From Podarcis melisellensis (lineage: Eukaryota), in assembly GCA_964234715.1 (NCBI GenBank), contig OZ174282.1: a stretch of 64,000 bases of DNA; one strand, given 5' to 3'. The notes below the pieces were generated by a model. That model worked only from the letters and a program-made list of their open reading frames with translations, was not told the DNA's origin and did not search any database. Positions within the stretch are counted from its first letter, which is position 1; each line of letters begins with the position of its first letter. The position numbers were made by a program, and so were the translations under genes. Shown here piece after piece: positions 46,011 to 58,983 of the stretch.

Positions 46011-47920
46011 ATATATCAAGCACTTTTCTTTTACCCCCTCCCTAATCTTATTGGGTTAATAGGTTCATTTTTATTTTTAGCCAGAAGGCCATAACACATT
46101 TTTTTTTTACATAAGAAACAAAATACTTAAATGCACATATTACAAGAATTGTGTGGTTCAGAAGCTAGGTTGCATAGCCAACCTGATCTAACTATGGAAA
46201 TGATTGGAATAGTAATATACTGTGTCTGAGTTTTTAAAAAAGTATCACTAATCTGTGGTGTAACTGTTGCGAACTACATAACTTTGGATGGTATAAGAAT
46301 GCATGTAATTTTGGGGATCTGGTAAAGAGGAATATGAAGAATTTTTTTTGTCAAAAAAGCAGAGCTGTCACATACTAATGTGGAGGACTTTCAACCACAA
46401 ATTGTAGATACTGAATTTGATCCTTTTGAGGAAAGGACTGTGTTTATGATGGTCTCCCTGACCAACTGAAACGTAGACCTTATTTATTAACTTGAGTGGA
46501 GCTTGACTTGCATTAGTAGCCCCTGGTGTATGTAGCAGCTACAGTAATTGCACAAGGGGAAGGGGGAAAAGAAAACAGTAACAGAACATGCTGGGATTCT
46601 TTTCTTTCATCCCGTAAATGCTGACAACTGGAACTTCTGATGCCAAAAAGCAGGACAAGCCAGAAAACAGGCGAGAACATCTACATTCAGTGAAGACCGA
46701 TTCAAGCCTGAGCTGGTGCCATAAAGTAAGCCACAGGCAATTTATTTAATCCATCTGGGTTGAAGATTCTCTCTTCCTTTGTGCCACCCTATTAAAATGC
46801 AAAGCTAGCCTGCTTTACGTGCCAACCCACAGTGGCATTCTTTAAACCTGCCAACCTAAAGATGCCAGTTTGAAACCAAGCGAAGGAACATTGACGCAGC
46901 CTTAACCCTTTTTGCCAGCACATGACGAGGCTCCCAAGCTTGCAGTTCGGAGATGCACTGCTCACAGCACCAGGATCTGTGTGAGAATAATCAATATCTC
47001 CTGCCATATCTGTAGGTAATGTGAAGTAGGATCTTGATTTGCCAAGGTGGAAAAGCAGGATGGGTGGTGTGCTGGAGAAGGAAGGGAAGTTGACATCTCC
47101 AGCTAATGAAGCAACCTGCATACCACTGCAGAGATGGCGAAGTTCTGTGCTAACTCTCAGTGCTAGACAGGTCTCTCGTAGCTGTCTGCTTAAATTATCA
47201 CTGCTTGGTTAAATTATGAATTATGCACGTCCATGTTTCGTCAAGTGCTGTGGTGTCAAATATTCAAGGAAGAATCTCTGTGCTTGCTGGGGGTATTGCA
47301 AGAGGAGGATTACCTTTGGGGCCAGGGAAGACTTTTTGAGCAGCAGCATGGATTAAGATATTTAAATCTTTGCTTCTGTTTTAAGGCTTTGCTGCTTCCA
47401 CTCCAGACCTTATTTGAGATTTGTGGCAGATGAGTGGCCTATTTTGAGGCATACAAAACACTCAACTGATCTGTCTTTTTGGCACCGAAAGACCATGGAA
47501 ATCCACTCAAGTGCATGTTTACTGTGCTTAGCAGTTTAAAGAGGGGCCTGCTTCTGTTCTTTAATTTTCTTTGCCACACACAAAAAAGTGAATGGGATTG
47601 TTGCAAACTGGACCTGGTGATTGCCTGGAAGTGGAGCTGATTATGTCCTCGTGTCCTTGCCTGGTTTCCCATTTACCCCTCTAGTGCTGCATCAAGGCTC
47701 TGCAAATAGCATGGTTTAGCACTAAACTGGAATGGTGGCAGAAATTCTGAGAAAAATAATTGTGGGGGTGTTTTTGCATAGTGATCTCAGAGGAATCTTT
47801 AGTTTGTGTGCGTGTGTGTGTGTGTGTGTGTGCCACTCCTGCTGTTCCCTAGTCTACAGTTTAAAATAGAACAGCAGAATTTCCATTTGATCCTGTTGAA
47901 TCAACATATCTGGCACCTAT

Positions 47921-48381
47921 CAGGACCACATAACACCAGTCCTGAGAGATCTGCATTGGCTCCTAGTACGTTTCCGAGTACAATTCAAGGTGTTGGTGCT
48001 GACCTTTAAAGCCCTAAAGGGCCTCGGTCCTGTATACCTGAAGGAGCATCTCCACCCCCATCATTCAGCCCCGACACTGAGATCTAGCGCCGAGGGCCTT
48101 TTGGCAGTTCCCTCATTGCGAGAAATGAGGTTACAGGGAACTAGACAGAGGGCCTTCTCGATAGTGGCGCCCGCCCTCTGGAACCGCCCCCCCCATCAGA
48201 TGTCAAGGAAATAAGTAGCTATCTTATTTTTAAAAAACATCTGAAGGCAGCCCTGTTTAGGGAAGTTTTTAATATTTAATGCTGTATTGTTTTTAACACT
48301 CGACTGGGAGCCGCCCAGAGTGGCTGGGGAAACTCAGCCTGATGGGCGGGGTATAAATAATAAATTATTATTATTATTATT
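47921..48381 (+). mobile_element. L2/CR1-group LINE 3' end
   Basis: DHITPVL...FKVLVLTFKALKGLGPVYLK-like degenerate ORF end with an (ATT)n tail; shorter 3' pieces near 19450-19610 and 23545-23780. Confidence 0.8.
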
Positions 48382-49099
48382 AGTAGTAGTACTAAAAACT
48401 CTGCACTGAGAGTTCCCTAAATTGTGTTGTTCTTGTATACTGCAAATGCATTCTAAATCCATTTTTTCTTCTTTCCATTTAGACTGCTGTCTGTCTCTCA
48501 TTGACTCTCTTCACATGTCCCATACGAAAGAATTAGAGAACTAAATAATGCACCAGTACAGTTTGAAGAATGGATTCTAGCATTTCTGTACTTTCTCAAA
48601 GTGCATGGTAGTCTATTGGAAAGCGGTAATGGAAGCGGTCACTGGATCACCCTTTCTGTATGTCATCTGCTGCTAATGCAACGTGAAGTTGTTTTAGGAG
48701 ATAGTATTCATGCTTGCTAATGGTCTTTGTTCTGCATTTGCAGCATTTGGGCTAGATTGTAGCCACTAAAAAAAATCATTAATGCTTCCTCAAGCATTAT
48801 AAAGAAATGGGCCTGGCCAGCTGAATTTCATGTACAAGTGCAGTGTGGGGGAGAAATAAAGAGGACAATCCTTTTGTCCTTTCGCAGGAAGAGATGTCCA
48901 GTTAGAATGTTGTTTGGCATGGAAAAAATACTTTCCATTCCTTGCCAGTGTTAGGTGCCTATGCAGGGCTAAAACTGATATTTCAAATTTTCCACTATAT
49001 ATGTCCATTGTGACTCAGGTAAGGGATCTGGCCCTAAAGCGAACCCCTATTTTTCTGGTAACACCATATTTCGTATTGTATTGTTAGCTGTAATCACTA

Positions 49100-49339
49100 C
49101 AGTCATACCTTTGGTTGTGAACGCTGCAGGTTGCGCGTTTTCGGGTTACGGACCACGCCAAACATGGAAGTACTGGAACGGGTTACTTCCAGGTTTTGGA
49201 GCTCGTACATGTGCAGAAGCGCTAAATTGTGCTTTGCGCATGTGCAGAGGCACCGAATTGCAGTGCTGTGGGTTGTGAACGCTGCAGGTTGCGAACGTGC
49301 CTCCCACACGGATCATGTTCGCAACCCGAGGTTCCACTG
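49100..49339. mobile_element. Mariner/Tigger-like MITE (CAGTCATACCT family)
   Basis: TIRs with TA TSD. Confidence 0.82.
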
Positions 49340-50139
49340 TATTCTGTTTGATAAGGCATAGAAGCCCGGGCTTGAATTGCTTATGGCAACCCCAGTTGTG
49401 GTGTGCACATTCTCTAACAGTGCAAGCCTATACATCCCTTTGACTTCATTGAGGCTTGACCCCTAAGTGTAGTAACAACAACAACAACAATTTATTACCG
49501 GTACTTGTGTCCCATCCATCTGACTGGGTTGCCCAGTCATCCTGGGCTGCTTCCAATGGAATATATAAAAACACACACAACATTAACATTAAAAGCTTCC
49601 CGATCCAGGACTGTCTTCAGATGTCTTCGTGTATGAATGCAGCCTAAGTTAAGGAATTTCATTTTCACCATGCCTTCAATTCTGCATTTGCTTCTGGGAA
49701 CAAATGTGTAGAGAAGGATTATTTTCCCCTAGAGAAGCACCAAAGTCCAGAGGTCTTTCAGTCAGCATATTCAGCACCTCACAGGTGTACAAGTAGCTTC
49801 CTGTTCATCTGCTGACATTAGCATGTCAGAGGCCTTTGTTGTTGTTTTTAAATATATTTTTATTAAAGATATATTGGTTTACAAATGTATGTGCTATGTC
49901 TCTCTTTTCAAGTTACGTTTTCTACAGATCAGTTTTATTTGTTGAGACATTAGGGTTACATTAGGAAGAAAAAGGGGAAAGAGGTGGAGGGGAATGGTGA
50001 GTGGGGTGGTGTAGAGTGGCAATGCTTCTATTCTACTTAGTGTATGTGTGGGGTTTTCTGTCAGCATCACTTGTGTGGGTTCTCTTTACTATTCACTTGT
50101 ATTCCTTTGGTGGTGAGAGAGGTTGGAGTTGGCCTAGGG

Positions 50140-50608
50140 CAGGGATGGCCAACTCCCAAGAGACTGCGATCTACTCACAGTTAAAAACTGGCAGTGATAT
50201 ACCGTATTTTTCGCCCTATAGGACGCACTTTCCCCCCTCCAAAAATGAAGGGGAAATCTGTGTGCGTCCTATGGGGCGAATGCAGGCTTTCGCTGAAGCT
50301 TGGAGAGCGAGAGGGGTCGGTGCGCATGTCTAAGCTGCGGATGTCTGCCTGAAGCGCGGGGTGCCCTGCTTCAGCGCGCCCCGCACTCTGTGCAGCAGGC
50401 TGCTATCCACAGGCTAGGGAGCCCTTTATTTCCCCCCATAGGTGCGTCCTATGGGCCGGTGCGTCCTATGGGACGAAAAATACGGTACCCCCTTTTGGGG
50501 GGTTCAGTTCAAAGGGAGGAGGAAGGCCCATTTTTGGGGGGTGCAGGGCAGCCACTGATCTACCAGTGATCTACCGGTAGATCATGATCTACCTGTTGGA
50601 CTTGCCTG
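50140..50608. mobile_element. hAT-type MITE containing a nested pogo-type MITE (50202-50485)
   Basis: CAGG...CCTG ends with TSD [G/T]CCTAGGG; inner element CCGTATTTT...AAAATACGG with TA TSD. Confidence 0.75.
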
Positions 50609-52389
50609 TCCTAGGGTATGGTTGGTTGTCTTTGTTTGGCCATAGTGAAATTTGTTTTCATGTGTCTGCTGGGAAGCCCCATTGTCCTCCTTCTCAGTAC
50701 TGTGTTGGGGCAAGGTGTGGCTTTAAAGGCACAGGCCAGTGCAAAAAATGAGGACTCAGGATTGGCACAGTCAGCACAGTTCTATCCTCCAGGCAGAAGG
50801 GCTCAGGGGAATGGACTGTCCCCACCTGCCCCTAGGGCCACAGATTGCCATTGGTGAGATCTGACGTGTTGGCTGCAAGTAGCAGCCTGTTAAGTTGTCA
50901 CAATAGTTAGCAAAACAGGCTGTCTTGGTAACCATTTCAGGCTGGCGGTTCTGCTATGAACGGATTTTCACTGTTCTGTGTTTGAATGATCGTATCTGAA
51001 CTATCCTCCCAGCATTTACTGCAGCTGTGCCTGATGTGTGGGCCTAAATAAGTAAGAACTCGCTTTGGCTACAGCATTTCTTACAGTGTAACTCCATTTT
51101 ACAGGTGGACAACTGAGACCTCCTTTGCTGGGAGATGGACAGGAAGATGCTCTAAAAGCACAGAGATGCTCTCACAGATTTGTCAATTGATGGGTGCACT
51201 TAAAGAGTTGAATTTTCTTTCCTCATTATTCTGTCCAATTTTCATAGCTCTGATCTTCCAGTGATAGTCCTAAAGGCTATACTATCCCATACCAACCAAT
51301 CCAGTTGCTTGCTCTGTTTTGCTATAGTAGGAATTACTCCACCTTTTGATCAGATGTTAGTTGGAGTCATAACATTTTATTCCAGAGCAATGGAATTCAT
51401 GCTGTTCATCGTTTCATAGTATGGCAGGGTCAGTGAATGGGGTACTTTCACCGGGGGGGGGGGAGGGGGAACACACAAAAACTGTTGCCTTGGCAACTGC
51501 ACACTGCGGTGCAAACAAGTGCCATGGAAATTTCCTTCCTAGCTGCAGGAAGGAAAGAATTCATTTATGCAAATAATTCATTGCACTGAACCACAGCTAA
51601 GTTGGAAATTCATAATATCGTGCAGCAGATTAGCTGCTCTAGAACATTTCCCAGGTCTGGATCTTATCACAATTTGGAATTGTTTTGCTTCTGTGTCAAT
51701 GGATTTATATAAAGTTCCCTGGGCTGGATTAACAGATACACTACACATACCTTAGAGTGAGGCATTAAGTTTGTATGAAGGATGATTTTATCCCACCTCT
51801 GCAGTGCAGGGCTCTTCTTTCTTTTTTTAACGTTCCCACAGTTGAGAACGTTGTGGTTGGTTTCTTTGCCAGGCAAACGGTGGCCAAATTCCTGGCTGTG
51901 GAGAAATGTTAAGGTGGTTGGAGCCTGTATAGCCCAAGGAGCAGACTGATGATGTGCAATGAGGCAATTTCAGGTGTTAAAGTAGCAGGACATAATTTTC
52001 TGTTAATTTATTGCATTTATATTCTGCCTTTGCTCCATGATGGTACTTGAGATGGCATAGATGGGCAGATGGAAGCAGAGAGTGGCATGAATTAGAAGAG
52101 GGCGAGACTTTGAATATGACTCCTTAACTTTATCTTTTAATCTTCCCGAGTTACATGTTGACAGAGGCAAGGTACAGGGGGTGAGAAATAGTTTCCAGGT
52201 CGACATGCCAACTTTGTATTTGAGAGCCATTGTAATAGTGATGATGAGTATGAGCTAGAGCTTCTCAGTTCAGCCATGTGTTTGTCGGGAGCCATTGATG
52301 AACCACAATCTCTGAGCCTCTTGTCCCCTAGTTTACCTGCAATGTGGGAATAATAGTGCTGACCTTTAAATGATTGTTTATAAAGATTA

Positions 52390-52625
52390 CAGTCATACCT
52401 CAGGTTACAGAAGCTTCGGGTTGTGCGATTTCGCCAAACCTGGAAGTACCGAAACGGGTTTCGGCGCTTGCGTATGCGCAGAAGCGCTAAATGACACTTT
52501 GCACATGCGCAGAAGTGCCGAATCGCGACCCACGTGTGCGCAGAAGCGGCAATGCAGTTTGTGAATGCTGCGCGTTGCGAACGTGCTTCCCGCACGGATC
52601 ATGTTCGCAACCCGAGTGTCCACTG
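52390..52625. mobile_element. Mariner/Tigger-like MITE (CAGTCATACCT family)
   Basis: TIRs with TA TSD. Confidence 0.82.
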
Positions 52626-53017
52626 TACTGAGCCAGTGTATATGAAGGGCTTTTGAGCACTTAGAAAAAGCAGTGACCTGAGTTCTCTGAGTGCCCCTCC
52701 TTATGCTGGCAGAACTGCATCTTAATATTTTTGCCCCCATTCTTCATGCCTTTTTGCCCCTTTCCCCTCCTTCAGCTAAATCATGATTGCCAGAAATATC
52801 CCAATAAAAAACAAAAGGGAAGGTTGGAGGAAAAGCCTATGGACATTTGGAAACAAAATAAATTACGTAAAAGAAGTAAAGCCTATCCCGAAATGTATGT
52901 ATTTATTGTTTCTTCTGTTTGCAGCACAAACTTTGGGAAGTCTTCGATCATCCCATGAGGAAAGTGTGTAGAGACCACATCCGCAGCCATCAAAGCTGAA
53001 CACCTGGGTGTAGAATA

Positions 53018-53028
53018 ATGGATTCCAG
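53018..53028 (+). CDS. PROSER3: Proline/serine-rich protein 3, first coding bases (exon 52925-53028)
   Basis: ATG GAT TCC AG|gtatga = MDS(S), paralleling mammalian MDRS; phase matches the next exon. Confidence 0.75.
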
Positions 53029-53135
53029 GTATGAGAGCTAGCGAAAGAAAAGGGTTTGACCTGATGGGTTTCCTTCTGCTAAGAAGTCTAGGCAGGGCGG
53101 GGCCTCACTAACTGGGATTCCTTGCTTGCCCGCAG

Positions 53136-53244
53136 TATGGCTGTTTTCTCCACCCTGGGAAGCCCCTTTTTGGAGCAATCTTGTTCGCGGAGCCATTACC
53201 ACCCTTCCCAGGCACACCCACTGAGGAAGGAGCAGCGATATACG
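53136..53244 (+). CDS. PROSER3: PROSER3 coding exon 2
   Basis: MAVFSTLGSPFLEQSCSRSHYHPSQAHPLRKEQRYT, similar to mammalian PVFS..SPF..RSHYWPSQ. Confidence 0.85.
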
Positions 53245-53797
53245 GTGAGATGGGGTGGGGGGAGACAAGGTGGGCAAATAATGCTGCAGAGTCACTAGCG
53301 GGGAAATCAAATGGAGCAGAGCTGCTAGCAGGAAGAGTCAAAGAGGTCTTTTGGATATCTATTGAACCAGTCCCTTTCAGGAGCTGGATAAAAATTCCAT
53401 GGTGTTGGCTATCCAGTGGAACATGAATGCTCCACTTTGAGCATTTCTGTATTCTTGGGAGTTGAGCTAGGCCTGGAAAGAACCAATAAAGTATATTGAT
53501 TAGATGCTGGGAGTTCAAATCCCATCTCAGCCATGACGTAAGCCATTCATCCTTTCTTAGCTTAGCCTCCCTCGCAGGATTGTTGTGATGGAAAAGGATG
53601 TGGGGGTAGGAAACTACGTTTGATGCCCTCAGTTTTTTGGAGGAAGGGTAGGATAAAAATGTAATGATTAAACAGTTGTCAAGTGGAGCTACAGGAAGAG
53701 GGAGTTATTTTACATCTTGGCTTGAACTTTTCTGGAAGGTTTATGCCAGCCCTTTGGGCCCACCGACTCTGAAAACTCACTTTCCCGCTTTCCCTAG

Positions 53798-54096
53798 GCT
53801 CTGAGCCCGTCTCGTTTACGACACAAGAATTGCCCCACCTCTCCCAAGAAGGCAGAAACACAAAGTCCTCCAACCCCAGGTTTGCTTCCTGGGTCCAGTT
53901 ACCAGGAGGTGAAACCCCCAGACTCAGACTCCACAAGCCCCTTCAATGAATCATGGCCCTCGACTGAGCGCAGTTCTTCCTCTCTGACTCCCGAGGGAGC
54001 AAAGGGCCTTCCCTCAGAGCAGATAACGGGGATCAAAGCACCGGCTTCGCCAAAGCCCCCAGAATCTGTTTCAGACAGTGATTCAGTTATTGCCAG
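53798..54096 (+). CDS. PROSER3: PROSER3 coding exon 3
   Basis: ALSPSRLR...PFNESWPS...DSDSVIAR, flanked by AG/GT. Confidence 0.88.
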
Positions 54097-54234
54097 GTAA
54101 GCCTGCAACTAAGGGTTTCTTCTCAGGTGGGTGGGCAGAGTAGCAAGAGTTTACTGGACTTGTGTGGGGATGGGAGTCCTGGGTTCAAATACTTCCTGGA
54201 AGAAGAACACATCTGATACTCTCAGTCAAGTCTG

Positions 54235-54554
54235 TTTCTCAAACTTAATTTGTTCCGGAAGTCCATTCTAAAACCAAAGCGTTCCAAAACCAAGGGCACT
54301 TTCCCATAGAAAGTATTGCAAAACGGATTAATCGATTCCAGACTTATAAAAACAACCCCTAAAACAGCAATTTAACATGAATTTTACTATCTAACGAGAC
54401 CATTGGTCCATAAAATGAAAGCAATAATCAATGTACTGTTCTATTTAAAACAAATAAGACAGTACTGTAGATGATATTTTTTAAAAAAAATCTTAACCTG
54501 CACTGATGATAGTCATTGTTTGGATGGGGGGCTTTTATCCATTTCCACAGTCAC

Positions 54555-54593
<39 letters not shown>

Positions 54594-54872
54594 GTAGCTG
54601 AACTGGGTTCCACACAGTCACAAAAACAAATTAACCGAAAAGCCTCCGAAACAAAAATGCAAAATAAATAGCAAAAACAAAAGTGCCAAACTTAATTTGT
54701 TCTGGAAGTCAGTTTGACTTCTGAAATGTTTGAAAACCAGGGCGCAGCTTCTGATTGGTGCAAGCACCCCAGAAACAATAGCCAACAGCAGCATCGGATG
54801 TTCGGCTTCCGAAAAACATTCGAAAACCGGAACACTTACATACCAAGGCGTTTGAGAACCAAGGTACCACTG
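54235..54872. mobile_element. Mariner/Tigger-like non-autonomous element with internal (ATCA)n
   Basis: Right TIR AAGGTACCACTG followed by TA; left end eroded. Confidence 0.7.
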
Positions 54873-54966
54873 TACTGAGTCTCTAGTCTAGCCTGGGAGT
54901 GATCACTACATTGAAGTAAAGTTCTTTTTCCATGTCTGTGATGCGGCACCTTTGATCCTTTGGCAG

Positions 54967-55112
54967 GTATATGGAGCGATTTCGTTACGGGCAGCCCACA
55001 AGCCGCAGGGAGCGCTGGGCACCAAATGGTCACTCTGCACAGTTCTGGTGGCTTGGCCACTCGTTTCCCCCTGAATGCAACATCTCCAAGAAGGAGACAT
55101 CGCCAACTTCAG
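54967..55112 (+). CDS. PROSER3: PROSER3 coding exon 4
   Basis: YMERFRYGQPTSRRERWAPNGHSAQFWWL..., a conserved Y..RFR..QPTSR.ER / FWWL block. Confidence 0.92.
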
Positions 55113-55979
55113 GTACTTGAGTCCAACAAGTAGGGTGCCGATATGGGGAACACTTTTATCAAGGCAGACCAGGATGAGTGGGCCCTCGGAAAAATTGGAT
55201 TTGTGTTGGAGCAGTACCTGCCCTAGCCAAAAGAGTGGTTGCTATTGGTAGGAAAAACTTCAGATTTGAAGACTTGCAGATTTAGATATGGACACACACA
55301 TTGGAGATGTGTCTTTGTCCAGGACTTACCTGTTAATTCCTACGAAGTAGAACTTTTTAGCAGTGGCGGGTAGCGCTCACAGGTCGCTCCTGTCCTAGCT
55401 TTTCCCATAACAGAGACATATGAGACCAACTTGGGACCAGGTTATCTGAGAGACTCGCCTGGTCAGTAAGATAATCTCAGTGGCCCTCTTCCTTGTGCCA
55501 TAGTCTGCAGGTGCCCATCTGGCATCAACTGGGAAGAGGGCCTAAAATAAATAATAGGAGTGTGCCAGGATTTTAAAAATCACAATATTTAAATCTGTCC
55601 CCTCCTCTGTAGTTATCAGATAACTCTGCATATGCTCTAAGGTATTTTCTTTAAGGTATCAAAGCAATCCAAAGTGAGATGGGGGAGCCTCTGACGGCCC
55701 CCATTATTACGTGGGAGTTCTGTGTAATTTTAGCACCCATTTCTCACAACCAAGCAACCCATCCAAAGGGTGGATTCATGTTGGCCTTTTTCAGGGTTCT
55801 TCACCTATAATTTAGAAGATAACTTAAAGTCAAGCATATAGTTTTTCAGGCCTATGGATGAAAGGGGAAGGGAAGGAGGGAGGGAGCCTAGAGCCACCCA
55901 AGAGTTAAAGATTAGGCTCTTTGCAAAGATGTCTGAACTGTGTGAGTCAGAAATCTGTAATGAAGGTGTCTCCTTGCAG

Positions 55980-56041
55980 GCAGTAGCCAGAGTGAAGTGA
56001 GGCAGTCGCTTTTCAGTCCTGCTCTGGACCAGTCTCCCTCG
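55980..56041 (+). CDS. PROSER3: PROSER3 coding exon 5
   Basis: ttgcag|GSSQSEVRQSLFSPALDQSPS|gtgag; needed to bridge phase 1 to phase 0. Confidence 0.65.
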
Positions 56042-57018
56042 GTGAGTAAGGAGGTTCTCTCTAGGAATGGGGAGGTATCTACTCTGTCCACCAAAAAAGG
56101 ACATAATATAGTTATGTTATCTTTGTGGATCACTGTTAATCTCAACCCTCAGGGTTGAGGAATATTGTACAGAATCTGGAGGCATGGGTTCTAATCCTTG
56201 CTCAGCGATAAAGCTCATTGAATGACCTTCAGCCAGTCATATCTTAGAGCCTAGCCTTTTACGCAGGATTGTTGTGACGATAATATGGAATAACCACACA
56301 TGCTGCCCTGGTCTCCTTGAAGAATATAAACATGATAAATGGGGAAATCATATGTGTAAAGTTGGTCCTGCTTTGAGGACTGTGCTCTGGGTGGAGAAAA
56401 TTGTGATGTTCACTATAGATAGCACTTCTCAGCAGGATGATTAGTTTTTGGTTTCCCATTTGGATCTTTTATTAAGAACCAAGCGACCTTAAATTTTCAG
56501 AATTTGCAGGCAGGCAGGCAGGCAGGCAGGCAGGAGTCTTGCTTGGTCCTGGTTTGGCTGATTACTTTGACAGATCAGAAGACCATTTTCAATTTCCTCT
56601 GTCTCAGTAGCTCCCTGCTTATTATTGCTGGTGACTGTTTCACCTTAACTGGTGTTCTTATGTTTTCTGTCCCTACTTTGTCTGCACCAGAGGATCAAAG
56701 TACCTTTGTCCCATTGGATTGACCATCTTCTATTTTTTGGTCATGAGCTTGCTAACACTAGGCAACTCCATAGGTGCTGCAGCTTCTCTCCTTGCCCTGC
56801 TGCCAGAATCCTGACATTCTTTTCCTTATAGAGCAGGCATGGGGAATGTGTGACCCCCTGGATTTTGTTGGACTAGAGCTCCCATTATCCCTGACCATTT
56901 GCCCCATGAGCTAGAGCTGATGGGAGTTGGAGTTCAACAACATCTGGTGGGCCACAAGTCCCCCATCCCAGCTATAGAGTCTCCTATCTGACCCATTCCT
57001 TTGTATGTTCTTTTGTAG

Positions 57019-57098
57019 GGGGACTCACAGGATTCTTCCACGCTGGACCCTGAGACTGTTAAGCTCCAGGAGAGAGCAGCCAGGCTGTTACACAGAAG
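57019..57098 (+). CDS. PROSER3: PROSER3 coding exon 6
   Basis: GDSQDSSTLDPETVKLQERAARLLHRS, matching LD.ET..LQ.RAARLL.RS. Confidence 0.9.
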
Positions 57099-57244
57099 GT
57101 ACTAACCTCCCTTGTATTTCACTCATCATCTAGGCTGCCCTTCCTCAGTGTCTAATGGGCCTTCCAGCTTCTCTTTCTGTTCTCTCCCCAGCTGCCCCTC
57201 ATTCCTAATAACCTGCCTGTCCTCATATGTTTTTCTGCATGCAG

Positions 57245-57363
57245 CACATCCCCGTTGAGCAGCTCCAGGCATGCAAGCTCTACCCCCACGTCCACCATCA
57301 CAAATGCTGACACAGACATGACTGGTTGTGCTCCACATCACCTTGGTCTTGGCGAGCTGCAAG
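57245..57363 (+). CDS. PROSER3: PROSER3 coding exon 7
   Basis: Ser/Thr-rich open frame TSPLSSSRHASSTPTST...GELQ; phase 2 to 1 fits both neighbours. Confidence 0.7.
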
Positions 57364-58346
57364 GTAAATTATGAGATCCAGGACCTTGCCTCTTAAGGGA
57401 GTGTTTTTCAACCTGGGGTCTCCACATGTTGCTGGACTCCAATCTCAACAGCCCCAGCTAGCTTAGCCACTGGTAAGGGGTGATTGGAGTTGTAGTCCCA
57501 GCACCTGAAGCCCAAGGTGGAAGAACTCTGTCTTGAAGGAATGCCAGTGTTGTGGACAATGACAGAAAGTGAGTGTTGTTGAGGGGGGGAAGTGAGGAAA
57601 AGAAAGTTGGCTGGACTAGTAACTGGCTGAGTGCAAGTCTGATTGCCTCCTAAACAGTGTGGATATTCTTATTTGGCAATTTATGAAGAGTGATGGCTGC
57701 TTTAGTACAAATCTTTAGACTGTCCTATCTTTCAGTGCATCACTCAAAGGCAGAATTTGGTAAGGGGCATCCCAGTAATCTCCCCTTTCATTTACAAACA
57801 AACAAATTGCTAACCCTTCAGGCAATCCTTGGTAACTTTCAAAAGGCCAGAGGGGTTGCTGAGCAGGATCTCACATGGACAGGGTAACATCAGCTGAATA
57901 AACTGGGCAAAACAGCAACTGTACAAATTTGTATTGCTAAATTTCTAGAGGTCACAGAATTACTGGTATAGAATTTGTGTTGTCTTGATATTAAATCGAT
58001 TATTGTTCAAAAGCACACATGCCTTATCATATGCTGGTTGAGTTGAATGGGCTCTTTTGGACTCTAGCTCCCGTCATCCCTAGCTAGCATAGCCAGTGGT
58101 GAGGTATGATGGGAATTGTAGTCTAACAACATCTGTGGAGCCATGGGTTCCTCCTGCCTGCTGTAAAAGATCCAGTGACTGATATAAGCCATCACCAAAG
58201 GAGACAAATCAATATACAATTTTTCAAAGATGATGATCCCAAAATGAAAACAGCGATGGACAATGCCTGTATCTTGCAGAACTTTTTCAGAAGTTCACTG
58301 CAGACACTCCATTCATGTGCACCTCTCTCTCTCCCTGCCTCCCTAG

Positions 58347-58537
58347 GTAGTCTGAATGCTTTTCCTTACTATATCACTCAAAGATCTCAGCCATGTTCTT
58401 CTTCAAAACCAGAAGATGATATCCTTTTCCAGTGGCGACTGCGGCGAAAGATGGAGGAAGCGAGCCAGGCTGTTGCTGTGATGCCCCCTCTAGCTTGGAG
58501 GACTCCACATATCCAGCCAACCTGTGCTTCCAGCCTG
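58347..58537 (+). CDS. PROSER3: PROSER3 coding exon 8
   Basis: Contains KPEDDILFQWRLRRKMEEA (conserved PEDDIL.QWR.RRK). Confidence 0.93.
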
Positions 58538-58983
58538 GTAAGAGTTTGAGGTGAATACGTTTGCCATTGTTCCGTGCTGTGTAGCTTCAAGGCAAAAGCC
58601 TTGGAAGCAGGGGATGGAACCATGCTTTTGGTTCACAACAAGATAGAGAAGCGCAAGCAATAGGCAGGGTGTGATGCATGAGAGGACCACAGCTCTTGCT
58701 ACCTTGTTGTTGAGAGGCGAAGTGGAAGAAACCTTGCAAAGTTCATGCACTGTTTCAGGCCGCTCCATCTTTATAACTTCCAAGATGCTTGTGGCTATTC
58801 CACTTCAATCGTTTTGGAGTTGATGAGGTAAACAACTTTCCCATCATAGTATTGATCCTATACAGTATGGCAAAGCATTCAGAGAGGAGTGGATCTGCTT
58901 CTAAGCATCTCGCTACTCCATCTCAGAAAGCCCAGTACATGCAGTCTGAGTCATGTATATTTTTCAATCGTCGTTCCCTGCAG

